Shown: positions 19,569 to 31,921, counted from the first letter of the stretch. The stretch: 58,763 bases of DNA from Aquificaceae bacterium (GCA_039630345.1 JBCNVD010000002.1:1-58763); one strand, 5' to 3'. Notes: generated by a model from the letters alone, not told the origin. Made by a program: numbers and translations.

Positions 19569-20372
19569 TTAAGCTGTGCAGATTTGCTGATAGTCTATGA
19601 GTTTGTCTATTTTAGGATTTTGAGAGCAAAGTGGACAGGAGGGGTCTTTTCTCAGCTTTAGCTTTTTAAATTCACTGCCAAGAGCGTCATATACAAGAAG
19701 TTTTCCAACAAGAGACTCTCCTATTCCTAGCAGAAACTTGATAGCTTCGCTTGCTTGCAAAGCCCCCATTACCCCCCCTATGGAGCCAAGGATGCCAGCT
19801 TCCTGACACGAAGGGACAAGCCCAGGCGGTGGAGGTTCTGGATATAGACATCTGTAGCAGGGAGAGCTCTCGCTCATATCAAATATCGTTAGCTGACCTT
19901 CAAACCTTAGCATCGCAGCCGAAACCAGAGGTTTTTTCAAAAAGTAGCAGGCATCGTTTATTAAAAACCTTGCCGGGAAGTTATCAGTGCCATCAAGAAC
20001 TATGTCGTAGTCTTTGATGATATCAAGCGCATTGGAGGAATTTATCAAAACCTCGTGCTCCACTATATTCACATCAGGGTTTAGAGCTCTAACGGTCTTT
20101 GCGGCGGATTTGACCTTTGACATGCCCACTCTTTCGCTTGTGTGGATAATCTGGCGCTGAAGGTTTGAGATATCGACTTTATCAAAGTCTAGTATTCCTA
20201 TTGTCCCAACGCCTGCGGCGGCAAGATACATAATAGAAGGAGAGCCAAGACCGCCTGCGCCTATTACCAAAACTTTTGAATCAAGGAGCTTTCTCTGTCC
20301 TGAGGCTCCAACCTCTGGCAGGATGATGTGCCTTGCGTATCTTCTGATTTGCTCTTCAGAAAATCCAAACAC
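19569..20372 (-). CDS. moeB: MoeB/ThiF-family adenylyltransferase
   Basis: RYARHI, IGAGGLGS, SNLQRQ, DGTDNF, PCYRCLY, SCQEAG, CPLC. Confidence 0.88.
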   Translation of the reverse strand: MFGFSEEQIRRYARHIILPEVGASGQRKLLDSKVLVIGAGGLGSPSIMYLAAAGVGTIGILDFDKVDISNLQRQIIHTSERVGMSKVKSAAKTVRALNPDVNIVEHEVLINSSNALDIIKDYDIVLDGTDNFPARFLINDACYFLKKPLVSAAMLRFEGQLTIFDMSESSPCYRCLYPEPPPPGLVPSCQEAGILGSIGGVMGALQASEAIKFLLGIGESLVGKLLVYDALGSEFKKLKLRKDPSCPLCSQNPKIDKLIDYQQICTA

Positions 20373-20376
20373 AGAA

Positions 20377-21003
20377 TTAATTTATACCAAGGAGCTGTAA
20401 AAGTTTAGAGGGAGTTTCAAGAGATATATCGCTCTCTGACTTCCCATAGCCCCACTTTGCATGGGCAAAATTTGCGCCTGCGCCTTTTGCGCAAAGCTGG
20501 TCGTTTTGAGTGTCGCCAATCAGGATTGATTCTTGAGCTTCAAGCGAGAACATTTTTAAGGTATATAGAAGAGAATCCGGAGATGGCTTTCTCTTTCCGA
20601 AAGTGTCAGAGCCAATTATGCAGGCAAAGAAGAAATCAAGCCCCAAAGAGCCAAGGATTTTTCTTCCCAGAGATTCCTGTTTGTTTGTTAAAACTCCGAG
20701 GATGAAACCTCTTAAGAGCAGGGTTTCGAGAGTTTTTACTATCTCAGGAAAAGGCTTTGAGAGATTAACAGGGTTTTGATGGTAGATTTTACGAAAAACA
20801 TCAAGAGCTTTATCAAGCTCTTTATCTTCAAAGAAGTTAGCGAGCAATCCTCTTGCCCCTGAGCCTATGAGGCCTGTGACATGGTCTTTTTCGGGAATTG
20901 GCTTTGAAAAGTGCTCTAAAGTTTTGCAAAGATGATTATATATGTCTTCTTTTGAATCAACTAAAGTGCCATCAAGGTCAAAAACGACTAGCTTTATATG
21001 CAT
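20377..21003 (-). CDS. HAD-family phosphatase (phosphoglycolate phosphatase-like)
   Basis: FDLDGTLVDS, LTNK, KPSP, IGDTQND; ATG 21003 preferred. Confidence 0.88.
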   Translation of the reverse strand: MHIKLVVFDLDGTLVDSKEDIYNHLCKTLEHFSKPIPEKDHVTGLIGSGARGLLANFFEDKELDKALDVFRKIYHQNPVNLSKPFPEIVKTLETLLLRGFILGVLTNKQESLGRKILGSLGLDFFFACIIGSDTFGKRKPSPDSLLYTLKMFSLEAQESILIGDTQNDQLCAKGAGANFAHAKWGYGKSESDISLETPSKLLQLLGIN

Positions 21004-21431
21004 TTTTCTCTGGCATATTGTAAATATGGGATTTTCGCATCCGCTTTGACAAAGTCCATGGCGCATTTTAGGTCTTTTTGGTTTACATAACCTTTTATCT
21101 CAAGCTTTATCTGACCACCTTTGTCATAAAAAACAAGATGCGGAAACTGACTTACTTTTAGAGTCTTTGAAAGGTCTTTTTCGCGAAGGTTTTGACCGCT
21201 TATGAGGTTTTGCTCAAGGTTTTTTATGCCAAGGGCGTCAACCCAGAATATGTCAAACTCGCTAAATTCCTTGCCTGAGAGCTCTTTTTTGAGCTTTTTG
21301 CAGTATATACAGCTCTTGGTTTCAAAAATCAAAAGCCCGTAAGGTTTTGATGGGATAATGCTTAGCTTTTGCGAAGGGGCTTTATCTTTGCAGGAAGCGA
21401 CAATCAAAGCTATGGCAACTAATTTAAGCAT
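20994..21431 (-). CDS. thioredoxin-fold lipoprotein (SoxW-like)
   Basis: Lipobox IVASC, CIYC motif, cis-Pro region FPHLVF. Confidence 0.75.
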   Translation of the reverse strand: MLKLVAIALIVASCKDKAPSQKLSIIPSKPYGLLIFETKSCIYCKKLKKELSGKEFSEFDIFWVDALGIKNLEQNLISGQNLREKDLSKTLKVSQFPHLVFYDKGGQIKLEIKGYVNQKDLKCAMDFVKADAKIPYLQYAREKCI

Positions 21432-21443
21432 CAGGATTATTTT

Positions 21444-21475
21444 AAGGGGGGCAGCGGGGGGAATATCCCCCCGCG
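21444..21475 (+). repeat. G6-G6-C6 palindromic repeat, copy B (divergent intergenic region)
   Basis: AAGGGGGGCAGCGGGGGGAATATCCCCCCGCG; differs from copy A at 2 positions. Confidence 0.88.
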
Positions 21476-21494
21476 TTCTGGTATCATAAATAAA

Positions 21495-22247
21495 GTGGAG
21501 TGGGGAATAGTTGCGATACTTGGGGCGAGTTTTGGGAGCTTTTATAATGTCCTGGCTTACAGGCTTCCGAGGGGGATGTCAATCATAAGCCCGCCTTCTC
21601 ATTGTCCTGCGTGTAAAAATAGACTCAGGTGGTATCACAATGTGCCTGTGATTTCTTACATTGTTTTGAGGGGGAAATGTGCCTTTTGTTCTTATAAAGT
21701 GCCGATTAGATATTTGCTTGTTGAGTTATTTAGTGCTTTTTTGGCAGTTTTTTGCTATTTTAAGTGGGGTTTGAGTTTAGAATCTGTTTTGATGTTTGTG
21801 TTTTTTTCGCTATTGCTTATAGGTTCTCTTATAGATTTTGAAACTTTCACTATTCCTGATTTTGTCACTCTGGGGGGGCTAATTCTTGGGATTTTGAGCT
21901 CTCCTTTAAGGAGCTCTGGTTTTGTTGATTCTCTTGCTGGTGCGCTCGTTGGTGGGGGTGCTTTTCTTGCTATTTATGTTTTTTATATAAAGGTGCGCAA
22001 GATGGAGGGTCTCGGCTTTGGCGATGTGAAGCTAATGGCGATGATTGGCTCTTTCACAGGCGTTTATGGGGTTTTTTATGCTGTTTTGCTGGGTTCTATT
22101 GCGGGTTTAATTTATGCTCTTCCTATGATTTTAAAGTATAAAAACTCCCAGTTTGTTTTGCCGTATGGTCCTTTTCTATCTCTTGGGGTTTTTCTTGGGA
22201 TTTTGATTGATTTTAAGAGGTTTCTCTTTGCACAGATAGGCGCTTAA
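21495..22247 (+). CDS. pilD: prepilin peptidase/N-methyltransferase
   Basis: GSFYNV..RLP, SHCPAC...GKCAFC, LIDFE, GLGFGDVKL, PYGPFL. Confidence 0.93.
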   Translation: MEWGIVAILGASFGSFYNVLAYRLPRGMSIISPPSHCPACKNRLRWYHNVPVISYIVLRGKCAFCSYKVPIRYLLVELFSAFLAVFCYFKWGLSLESVLMFVFFSLLLIGSLIDFETFTIPDFVTLGGLILGILSSPLRSSGFVDSLAGALVGGGAFLAIYVFYIKVRKMEGLGFGDVKLMAMIGSFTGVYGVFYAVLLGSIAGLIYALPMILKYKNSQFVLPYGPFLSLGVFLGILIDFKRFLFAQIGA

Positions 22248-22962
22248 GAGCCTCTTCGTAGGATTTTTTCTCAAGCTCTTCGTAGGCCCTTTGGCGAGCG
22301 ATCAGCTCTTGCCAGCTAACTTCGTGGGCGTTAAACCATGGACCTTCGCAGCAAGCGAGTTTATAAGAGTTTCCTAACTTTACCCTGCAGACAAGACAAA
22401 GACCTATGCCATCAAGTATGGGGGCATCAACTAGGGCTATAACTTTTGAGTCTTTGTAAGATTGTGATATTTGCATCGATAGCTCATTGCTGCCTGCGCA
22501 GATTATGATGTCTTTGCTCTCTGGCTTTTGCTGTATTTTGTCAAAGAGCTCTCTATAGCGCTCTATAACGGGCATTTGAATGTTTTTATAAATTAAGTAA
22601 GATTCTGTCCCGAGGGCTCTAAAGGCTCTTGCCAAAGGTATCGCCGCTGCCAGCCCCCAGGATTCTACGTATATAAGGGCTTTTTTACAGCTTTCAAGCG
22701 GGAAGGGTCTTCCCAAAGGTCCGGTTACGCAAAAGGCTTCTTTTGCCCTGCTTAAAAAGAGCGTGCTTTTGCCCCTGATTTTTAAAAGCGCGCTAACTCC
22801 CCATGACCAAACGCCGGTTATCATAAGGGGTATTCTCTCTGAGGTTTCAGAAACCTGTATTATCATGTATTGCCCAGGTAGTGCGATGCTAAGCTCCGGG
22901 GCATATACCTTTAGCTCAAACCAGTTTTCTTCAAGCTTTAGGCTCTCTATCTGGACCGTCAC
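22213..22962 (-). CDS. FAD/[2Fe-2S] electron-transfer subunit (NfnA/SudB/PyrK-like)
   Basis: PGQY, ERIPL, GKST, GPLGRP, DGIGLCLVCRV...ACCEGP. Confidence 0.8.
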   Translation of the reverse strand: MTVQIESLKLEENWFELKVYAPELSIALPGQYMIIQVSETSERIPLMITGVWSWGVSALLKIRGKSTLFLSRAKEAFCVTGPLGRPFPLESCKKALIYVESWGLAAAIPLARAFRALGTESYLIYKNIQMPVIERYRELFDKIQQKPESKDIIICAGSNELSMQISQSYKDSKVIALVDAPILDGIGLCLVCRVKLGNSYKLACCEGPWFNAHEVSWQELIARQRAYEELEKKSYEEALKRLSVQRETS

Positions 22963-22984
22963 TTTTTATAGTTTAAGCTCTTGA

Positions 22985-24433
<1,449 letters not shown>

Positions 24434-25204
24434 GTGCAGACTCTGAGACCAGACGGCAGAAAGCCAGGAGAGCTAAGACCCATAAGGATAATAAGAGACT
24501 ACCTAAAACACCCCGAGGGCTCTGTCCTTGTGGAGTTTGGAAACACCAAGGTCATTTGCACCGTATCTATTCAGGATGGCGTGCCCCCTTTTTTAAAGGG
24601 TAAAGGTCAGGGATGGATTACCGCGGAATATGGGATGCTCCCAAGGTCAACCCATACCAGAAATACTCGAGAATCAGTCCAGGGGCGAATATCCGGAAGA
24701 ACTCACGAGATTCAGAGAATGATTGGCAGAGCCATGAGAACCGCACTTGATTTAACAAAAATAGGGGAGAGAACCTTCTGGATAGATTGCGATGTCCTTC
24801 AAGCGGATGGTGGCACAAGAACCGCCTCTGTCACGGGATCTTTCGTTGCCCTTTGCGACGCTGTTATAAAGCTCTATGAATCAGGGCAAATATCCACCAC
24901 GCCAATCAAGGACTTTGTGGCAGCAGTTAGCGTAGGGCTCGTGGATTCTAAAATCTGTCTTGATTTAAACTACGACGAGGATTCAGTTGCACAGCTTGAT
25001 ATGAACGTAGTTGCAACCGGCAGTGGCAGGATTTCAGAGGTTCACTCAATGGGCGAGGAGCACTCCTGCACCAAAGAGGAGTTTGACAAGCTTCTTAATC
25101 TGGCCCTTGCGGGCATTCAGCAACTTATAGAGCTCCAGAAGGCTTTTTACAGCATCAACTCAGGCATTTTTTCAAAAAAATCAGTTAAAGAGGCAAGACT
25201 TTGA
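24434..25204 (+). CDS. rph: ribonuclease PH
   Basis: [38 protein letters not shown]. Confidence 0.97.
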   Translation: MQTLRPDGRKPGELRPIRIIRDYLKHPEGSVLVEFGNTKVICTVSIQDGVPPFLKGKGQGWITAEYGMLPRSTHTRNTRESVQGRISGRTHEIQRMIGRAMRTALDLTKIGERTFWIDCDVLQADGGTRTASVTGSFVALCDAVIKLYESGQISTTPIKDFVAAVSVGLVDSKICLDLNYDEDSVAQLDMNVVATGSGRISEVHSMGEEHSCTKEEFDKLLNLALAGIQQLIELQKAFYSINSGIFSKKSVKEARL

Positions 25205-26826
25205 GGAGCTTTTTAAGGGATTTTGTATATAGACACTTAAATCAGGATTTAAACTTCTCTATAGAGCGTCCAAAGGACCCATCTTTAGGGCATCTTGCTT
25301 CAAATGTTGCATTTATAATGTCCAAAGCTCTTAGAAAAAACCCAAAAGAAGTGGCAAAGGAGCTCTCTTTGACTTTTAAATCTGAGGATTTTGAAGTATC
25401 CGCCGAAGGCGGGTTTTTGAATTTTAAATTCAGAGAAGATTTTCTATCTCGTGAGTTTGCAAAGCTTATAAAGAGCCCCAGGGATTATCTTTTGCCAAAG
25501 GTCCAGAGCCCAAAGAGGGTGCTTGTGGAATTTGTCAGTGCAAACCCGACCGGGCCTTTGCACCTAGGTCACGCCCGCGGTGCGGTCTTTGGCGATGCTC
25601 TTTGCAGGATTCTTTCAGCCTTTGGTCATGATGTGAGTAAAGAGTATTACATCAACGACGCCGGCACTCAGGTCTGGCTTTTGGCGGTTTCTGTTTTTGT
25701 AAGAGCCTGTGAGATTGTGGGTATTAACTGCAAGGATGAGTATCTGGAGCTTTTTGAAAAAGAAGGTTATAGAGGCGATTACATAAAGGAAATAGCAAAA
25801 GAGTTTTTAAATGCTTTTAAATCAATAGACGGGGTTTTGCCCTCTGATTTGATAGATTTTTCGCTCAATATCACCCTTGATGGCATAAGGAAAAGCCTTA
25901 GCAGGCTCGGGGTTTGGTTTGATAACTGGGTTAGCGAAAGGGAAGTTGCTAAAGAGGAGAATTTGCAAGCAGTTATCAAAAGACTTTCTGATATGAATTT
26001 GATTTACGAAAAAGATGGCGCTTTGTGGTTTAAAAGCTCTGAGCTTGGTGATAGCAAGGATTGGGTTTTGAGGCGAAGTGATGGGAGCTTTACCTACTTT
26101 GCCAATGATATTGTTTATCACCTATACAAACTTGAGAGAGATTTTGATCTGTCTGTCAACATATGGGGTGCTGACCATCACGGGTATTTACCAAGAGTTA
26201 AAAATGCCCTAAAGGCGCTTGGTGCAAAAGATAGCTGGCTTTATGTGCTCTTTGTCCAGATGGTAAGGCTGATAAGAGACGGGCAAGAAGTAAGAATGTC
26301 AAAGCGAAGCGGGGAGTTTATAACCCTTGACGAGGTTCTTGATGAGGTTGGCAAAGACGCTCTTAGATTTGCCTTGCTTTCAAAAAACCCCGATACACCT
26401 CTTGATATAGACATTGAAATTTTAAAAAAGAACGTAAACGAAAATCCTGTATTTTATGTCCAGTATGCTTATGCGCGGGTATGTAGCGTTGAGAGAGAGG
26501 TTTTATCAAGATTTGGCGCCTTGCCAAGAGAAGACCAGCTTATTGATTCTTTAAGATATTTAACTCATGAGCAGGAGCTTGAGTTAATCTGGCTTTGTCT
26601 CTGGACGGGGGAAGTTTTAAAGGATGCAGAAGCGAGCTTCTCACCTCACATAATAACTTATCATCTTCTTGAGCTATCTTCTTACTTTCATAAGTATTAC
26701 AATCACCACAGGGTTATAACACAGGAAGGTTTAAGAATTGAGCGTCTTGCTCTTTTTTATGGAGTTAAAGAAACTCTCAAACTCTGCCTTGATTTAATTG
26801 GGGTTTCTGCCCCGGAGAGGATGTAA
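25201..26826 (+). CDS. argS: arginyl-tRNA synthetase
   Basis: [47 protein letters not shown]. Confidence 0.97.
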   Translation: MRSFLRDFVYRHLNQDLNFSIERPKDPSLGHLASNVAFIMSKALRKNPKEVAKELSLTFKSEDFEVSAEGGFLNFKFREDFLSREFAKLIKSPRDYLLPKVQSPKRVLVEFVSANPTGPLHLGHARGAVFGDALCRILSAFGHDVSKEYYINDAGTQVWLLAVSVFVRACEIVGINCKDEYLELFEKEGYRGDYIKEIAKEFLNAFKSIDGVLPSDLIDFSLNITLDGIRKSLSRLGVWFDNWVSEREVAKEENLQAVIKRLSDMNLIYEKDGALWFKSSELGDSKDWVLRRSDGSFTYFANDIVYHLYKLERDFDLSVNIWGADHHGYLPRVKNALKALGAKDSWLYVLFVQMVRLIRDGQEVRMSKRSGEFITLDEVLDEVGKDALRFALLSKNPDTPLDIDIEILKKNVNENPVFYVQYAYARVCSVEREVLSRFGALPREDQLIDSLRYLTHEQELELIWLCLWTGEVLKDAEASFSPHIITYHLLELSSYFHKYYNHHRVITQEGLRIERLALFYGVKETLKLCLDLIGVSAPERM

Positions 26827-26830
26827 AGCC

Positions 26831-28132
26831 GTGAGGATAACTGTAGTTGGTGCAGGATATGTAGGTCTTACAACAGGTGCTTGCTTTGCTCATCTTGGGC
26901 ATGAGGTTTTGATTGTAGAGAAGCTAAAAACCAAAGTAGAGCTCTTAAGCTCTGGAAAAGTCCCTATTTACGAGCCGGGACTTGAAGAGTTGATAAACCA
27001 AAACCTGAAAGAGAAAAGGCTCTCTTTTACAAGAGAGCTTAAAGAGGGTCTTGATTTTTCTGAAATCATCTTTATATGCGTGGGGACTCCTGAAAACCCT
27101 GACGGCTCTGCTGACCTCTCGCAGGTGGAAGAGGTCGCAAGGCAGTGTGCAAAAATCGCAAGTGGCTACAAGCTTTTGGTGGAAAAATCGACCGTTCCTA
27201 TAAATACCCATAAGCTCATTAAAAAGACCCTTGAAAGATACTCGCAAAACAGCGGGGCAAGCTTTGAAGTTGCGTCAAACCCTGAGTTTTTAAGAGAAGG
27301 CTCTGCCATAGAAGATTTTTTAAAACCTGACAGAATTGTTATAGGGGTAGAGAGCCAAAGAGCCAAAGAATTGCTATCAGAGCTCTACAAAGACTTTGAT
27401 TGTCCCATAATCTTTACAGACCCATCAACAGCGGAGCTTATAAAGCACGCAAGCAACTCTTTTCTTGCGACAAAAATCTCTTTCATAAATATGATTGCAA
27501 ACCTTTGTGAAAAGGCGGGCGCTGATGTAAAAGTAGTTGCAGACGGGATGGGGCTTGATAAAAGAATAGGGAGAGCCTTTCTCAATGCAGGGCTTGGATT
27601 TGGTGGCTCTTGTTTTCCAAAGGATTTAAAGGCATTTATAAAAATAGCTCAGGATTACGGCGTTGACTTTGGGCTTCTTCGCGAGGTTGAAAAAATAAAC
27701 TCTCTAAGGGCAACACACTTTGTTCAGAAAGTCAAAGAAGTGCTCTGGAGCATCAAAGACAAAACTCTGGCAATATGGGGACTGTCTTTTAAGCCAAATA
27801 CAGACGACATAAGGGAAGCCCCGTCTATAAAGGTCGTGGATCTGCTTTTAAAACAAGGCGCTAATTTGCGCCTCTATGACCCGAAAGCGATGTCAAACTT
27901 TTCGCGCCTTTTTCCAGCCTGCGAAAGCATTTTCTATGCAAATGATAAATACGACGCTTTAAAGGGCGCTTATGCGCTTTTGATAATAACAGAGTGGCAG
28001 GAATTTGAAAGCGCTGATCTTGAAAAGGTAAAAGAACTTCTGGAACTTCCCATAATCTTTGACGGGAGAAACATCTTCGACCCATCTAAATTAAAGCAAA
28101 TGGGCTTTGAGTATTACCCCACAGGTAGATGA
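26831..28132 (+). CDS. ugd: UDP-glucose 6-dehydrogenase
   Basis: GAGYVG, EKSTVP, NPEFLREG, GFGGSCFPKD, FKPNTDD; GTG 26831 preferred. Confidence 0.93.
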   Translation: MRITVVGAGYVGLTTGACFAHLGHEVLIVEKLKTKVELLSSGKVPIYEPGLEELINQNLKEKRLSFTRELKEGLDFSEIIFICVGTPENPDGSADLSQVEEVARQCAKIASGYKLLVEKSTVPINTHKLIKKTLERYSQNSGASFEVASNPEFLREGSAIEDFLKPDRIVIGVESQRAKELLSELYKDFDCPIIFTDPSTAELIKHASNSFLATKISFINMIANLCEKAGADVKVVADGMGLDKRIGRAFLNAGLGFGGSCFPKDLKAFIKIAQDYGVDFGLLREVEKINSLRATHFVQKVKEVLWSIKDKTLAIWGLSFKPNTDDIREAPSIKVVDLLLKQGANLRLYDPKAMSNFSRLFPACESIFYANDKYDALKGAYALLIITEWQEFESADLEKVKELLELPIIFDGRNIFDPSKLKQMGFEYYPTGR

Positions 28133-29082
28133 AGGGCCATTTAAATGTTTTAATAACTGGCTGTGCGGGCTTTATAGGCTCTCATCTTTGTGAGATGTTT
28201 ATCTCTGAAGGCCACAACGTCATAGGAATGGATAACTTCCTGACAGGAAGCGAGGACAACATAGCCCATCTTTTAAGAGATAGAAGGTTTGACTTTATTC
28301 ACTACAATGTTGTTAACTACATCTATGTTCAGGGCAGGATAGACCTGGTTATCCACCTTGCCTGCCCCGCTTCGCCCGAGGACTATGCAAGACATCCAAT
28401 TCACACCATGAAAGTTGACTCTTTAGGCACTTTCAATACCCTCGGTCTTGCAAAGCAAAAAGGTGCCAGGTATTTGTTTGCTTCCTCTTCTGAAATCTAC
28501 GGTCAGGCGCAGGTCCATCCACAGCCAGAGAGCTACTTTGGATATGTAAACCCAACAGGACCCAGAAGCGTCTATAGCGAAGCCAAGCGCTTTTCAGAAG
28601 CTCTTTGCATGGCTTATCACCGCCAGCACTCTATAGATGTTCGCATAGCAAGGATTTTTAACACCTATGGACCCAGGATGCGTCTCAGTGACGGCAGGGT
28701 GGTTCCGAGTTTTATATCAAGTGCTCTTAAAGGCGAACCTTTGAAAATCCACGGCGATGGCACGCAGACCCGGAGTTTTTGCTACATCGAGGATATGGTG
28801 CTTGGGCTATATCTACTCTCTACCAAGGAGGATATTTCCGGCATTATCATCAACTTAGGAAGCCCTGATGAGATTTCAATCCTTGACCTTGCAAGGGAAA
28901 TTCTAAAAATAAGCTCAAGCTCTTCAAAGATTATCCACCTTGATTCAAGACCCGAAGACCCTCAGAGACGATGCCCTGATATAACCCTTGCAAAAACCCT
29001 CCTTGGCTGGAATCCAACAACTGACATAAAGACCGGACTTTCAAAAACTATTAACTTTTTTAAAGACAAAACCGCCCCCTGA
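28129..29082 (+). CDS. UDP-glucuronate decarboxylase (UDP-xylose synthase-like)
   Basis: GCAGFIGSHL, HLACPASP, SSEIYG, VNPTGPRSVYSEAKR, RIFNTYGPRM. Confidence 0.85.
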   Translation: MKGHLNVLITGCAGFIGSHLCEMFISEGHNVIGMDNFLTGSEDNIAHLLRDRRFDFIHYNVVNYIYVQGRIDLVIHLACPASPEDYARHPIHTMKVDSLGTFNTLGLAKQKGARYLFASSSEIYGQAQVHPQPESYFGYVNPTGPRSVYSEAKRFSEALCMAYHRQHSIDVRIARIFNTYGPRMRLSDGRVVPSFISSALKGEPLKIHGDGTQTRSFCYIEDMVLGLYLLSTKEDISGIIINLGSPDEISILDLAREILKISSSSSKIIHLDSRPEDPQRRCPDITLAKTLLGWNPTTDIKTGLSKTINFFKDKTAP

Positions 29083-29090
29083 CGGGGGCG
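29073..29090. terminator. GC hairpin at the stop codon of the epimerase/decarboxylase gene
   Basis: CGCCCCC-TGAC-GGGGGCG, 7-bp stem; U-tract only on the minus strand, so function is uncertain. Confidence 0.35.
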
Positions 29091-29125
29091 AGTAAAGCAT
29101 AGTCTTTTGTGTTAAATTTGTGTTT

Positions 29126-30112
29126 ATGATAGGTGTCATATTGTTAAATCTCGGTGGTCCCGATAGTTTAAGCGCCGTTGAACCCTTTTTATATAACCTA
29201 TTTTCTGATAGAGATATCATCCCTTTGCCTGGCTTTATCAGGCTTCCGCTTGCTTTTGCCATATCTCGCCTGAGAGCAAAAAGAACCATGAAATACTATC
29301 GCTTTATGGGAGGCAAATCCCCTCAAAAAGAGCAAACCATGGCTCAGGCAAAAGCTCTTGAGAGAGCTCTCGGAAGCGACTATAAAGTAGTGGTTGGCCT
29401 AAGATACTGGCATCCGATGATTCCAGAAGCTGTAAACTCCTTGCCAATTGAGGAGCTAAAAGCCCTTATTGCACTGCCCTTATATCCTCACTACAGCAAG
29501 GTTACGACCGGCTCTTCTTTTAAAGAGCTTATGAGGGTCTTAAAAGCCTGTAGACCGGGACCTTACTTTAGCTACGCTGGAGTAAAGGGCTCTTTTGTAT
29601 CTTATGAGTTTCCGGTGAAGTTTATAAACTGCTACTTTGACCACCCTCTTTATATTAGCGCCATGACCGAGCTAATTCTAAATCAGCTAAAAGACCCAAG
29701 CGACTACTTTTTTATCTTCAGCGCTCACAGTCTTCCAGAGAGTCTGGTAAAAAGGGGCGACCCTTATGTTTTCCAGATACAAAAAACCGTAGAGCTAGTG
29801 ATGCAAAACTTTTCAAACCCGTATGCACTCTCTTATCAAAGTAGAGTCGGTCCAAATGGCTGGGTAGGACCTTTCACGGAAGATGTTTTAAAAAGGGTCA
29901 TTGAGGAAGGTCATCGCAAAATTGCGATGATTCCGATTTCTTTTACCTGTGAGCATTCAGAAACCCTTTATGAGATGGATTACATCTACGGAAACATCGC
30001 TTCAAATCTTGGTGCTGAGTTTGTAAGAATAAAGACATTGCAGACACACCCTCTTTACATAGAAGCTCTTAAAGAGCTGGTGCTTAGTGTATCTCAAGCC
30101 CTGAAAAGATAA
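29126..30112 (+). CDS. hemH: ferrochelatase
   Basis: LLNLGGP, GGKSP, PLYPHYS..TTGS, FSAHSLP, GDPY, YQSRVG, EHSETLYEMD. Confidence 0.96.
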   Translation: MIGVILLNLGGPDSLSAVEPFLYNLFSDRDIIPLPGFIRLPLAFAISRLRAKRTMKYYRFMGGKSPQKEQTMAQAKALERALGSDYKVVVGLRYWHPMIPEAVNSLPIEELKALIALPLYPHYSKVTTGSSFKELMRVLKACRPGPYFSYAGVKGSFVSYEFPVKFINCYFDHPLYISAMTELILNQLKDPSDYFFIFSAHSLPESLVKRGDPYVFQIQKTVELVMQNFSNPYALSYQSRVGPNGWVGPFTEDVLKRVIEEGHRKIAMIPISFTCEHSETLYEMDYIYGNIASNLGAEFVRIKTLQTHPLYIEALKELVLSVSQALKR

Positions 30113-30506
30113 AGCTTATCTCAAAGTTTGCGGAAGCTGAGGAATCAGAAGCATGGATGGCGTTTTTGCCCTTGTCCGTGCCAAAGAGAGCCCTTATGGA
30201 GTTTGGTGCGACCTTTCTTGCCTCTTCTGAATCTGTTGGGCCTATGATTTGTCTAACCCTCTGAATTGCGTTCTGGCCTTCAAGCACCATCGCAACAACA
30301 AAACCCGAGCTCATAAATTCCACAAGCTCTTTAAAAAACCCTCTCTCGCGATGGACATAGTAAAAGCTCTCTGCTTGCTCTTTTGTCAGCTTTAGCATCT
30401 TTAGAGCTCTTATGCTAAAGCCTTCAGAGATAAACCTGTCGATAATCTTCCCGGTTGCACCTAAGCTGAATGCGTCTGGTTTTATAATTACAAGAGTTCT
30501 TTCCAT
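30084..30506 (-). CDS. ndk: nucleoside diphosphate kinase
   Basis: MERTLVIIKPDA, NAIHASDS; ATG 30506 preferred. Confidence 0.96.
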   Translation of the reverse strand: MERTLVIIKPDAFSLGATGKIIDRFISEGFSIRALKMLKLTKEQAESFYYVHRERGFFKELVEFMSSGFVVAMVLEGQNAIQRVRQIIGPTDSEEARKVAPNSIRALFGTDKGKNAIHASDSSASANFEISFIFSGLEIH

Positions 30507-30507
30507 T

Positions 30508-31008
30508 TTATCCCACCTTTTCAAGAGAGTTTTTGATAGATGCGTCAATTAAAATGTTTGGGCTAACAAAAATAAACCCGCCTATTAGCTCCGGGTCATA
30601 GGAAACTTTTAAAATGTATCGTCTGTTTGTAATGTCTTCTATTTTTTTTCTGATGTTTTCTACAATCTCAGGGCTTTGCTCTCTTGCAAGGATCAAAGTC
30701 GCGCTGGATGTTGATTTCAGTCTGTTTAACAAAGACCTTCTTATTTCAGCAAGTTTTGGCAAAAGCCCCAGCTCTAAAATTAGCTCAAGGGCTCTATCTA
30801 CACTCTTTTCAAGTCCTGCCATGGAGCTAAGCTCATTTAAAAACTCCATCTTTTTTGACTTTTCGACAAAAGGACTCAGGAGAAAGTTTCTGAGTTCTGT
30901 TTCTTTTCTGTAAAGAAGATGCAATGCATTCAAAAGGGCTTCAAACTTTAAAAGCTCTTCGTCACTTAGGTTTGAAACTGCACCTATTACGAGCTTTACA
31001 CTCTTCAT
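30508..31008 (-). CDS. atpH: ATP synthase delta subunit
   Basis: FLLSP, DPELIGGF, IDASI; follows two b subunits. Confidence 0.85.
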   Translation of the reverse strand: MKSVKLVIGAVSNLSDEELLKFEALLNALHLLYRKETELRNFLLSPFVEKSKKMEFLNELSSMAGLEKSVDRALELILELGLLPKLAEIRRSLLNRLKSTSSATLILAREQSPEIVENIRKKIEDITNRRYILKVSYDPELIGGFIFVSPNILIDASIKNSLEKVG

Positions 31009-31484
31009 GATATGGATTTTAGCGCTTTTTGGATGTAGATTTCATCCCTTTGAGGGTTTTCTTCAAAGTATTGCTTTAGCTTAAGTTTAGCTTCTGATTT
31101 TGCAAGTTTTAGAGCATATAAAGCCAGTTCCTCTCTTGCTTTTCTTGAACGAATTTCTATTTCTTGCTTTAGTTTTAAGTCCAATCTTTCTGCGATTTGC
31201 TTTGCGTGAGTTTTTGCCTGCTCTATGGAGTTTTGTGCAGTTTTTCTCGTTATTTCAATCTGCTCTCTTGACCTTCTTTTTGAGTCTTCAAGATAGTCTT
31301 TCGCTCTATTTAGCTCTTCCTGTGCCTGTTTTAATTCAAGCTCTGAGCTGGAAAAATCCTCTGTTAGGCCGGACTTAAAGCTAGAAAAGGCACTTTTGAT
31401 TTTATTTCCGCCAAACCAGATAATTAAAATAATCAAAAGAGCAAGATTGAAGCCTTTCCAGATATATGAAAAAGCCTCGCTCAT
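31005..31484 (-). CDS. atpF: ATP synthase F0 subunit b
   Basis: N-terminal TM (WKGFNL..LI) followed by coiled coil; operon context. Confidence 0.8.
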   Translation of the reverse strand: MSEAFSYIWKGFNLALLIILIIWFGGNKIKSAFSSFKSGLTEDFSSSELELKQAQEELNRAKDYLEDSKRRSREQIEITRKTAQNSIEQAKTHAKQIAERLDLKLKQEIEIRSRKAREELALYALKLAKSEAKLKLKQYFEENPQRDEIYIQKALKSIS

Positions 31485-31921
31485 GCTACATCCTCCAGGA
31501 TTTTACTCTTTAGCTCGCTTGCAAGTTCTGAGGATTTTTCAGAGAGTTTTCTCTTTTCCTCTTCAAGGGCTAGCTCGAGCTCCTGTAGTTTTGATTTGAG
31601 TTCTTTTTCAAACTCCGCTTCTGCTTTTGATATTATCTCGTTTTTGACTTTTTCTGCTTCTATTCTTGCCTGTTCGAGAATCTTCTGGGCTTCAAGTCTC
31701 GCCTCTTTTAAGAGATTTTCTGCTTCCATAAACATTTCCTGAGCCTTTTGCTTTAGCTCCTGTGCGTTTGAGAGATTTTCCTTTGTTTTTTCTTCGCGCT
31801 CTTTGATGACTTTCATATAGGGTTTAACAAAAACATAGTTTACCAAAATAGTAAAAACTATGAATATCCCCATCTGAATCAAAAACGTCATATTTATCGT
31901 CATCGCCTGCTTTATATCCAT
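31481..31921 (-). CDS. ATP synthase F0 subunit b'
   Basis: NMTFLIQM..F, KPY.KVI.ERE, long coiled coil; ATG 31921 preferred. Confidence 0.85.
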   Translation of the reverse strand: MDIKQAMTINMTFLIQMGIFIVFTILVNYVFVKPYMKVIKEREEKTKENLSNAQELKQKAQEMFMEAENLLKEARLEAQKILEQARIEAEKVKNEIISKAEAEFEKELKSKLQELELALEEEKRKLSEKSSELASELKSKILEDVA

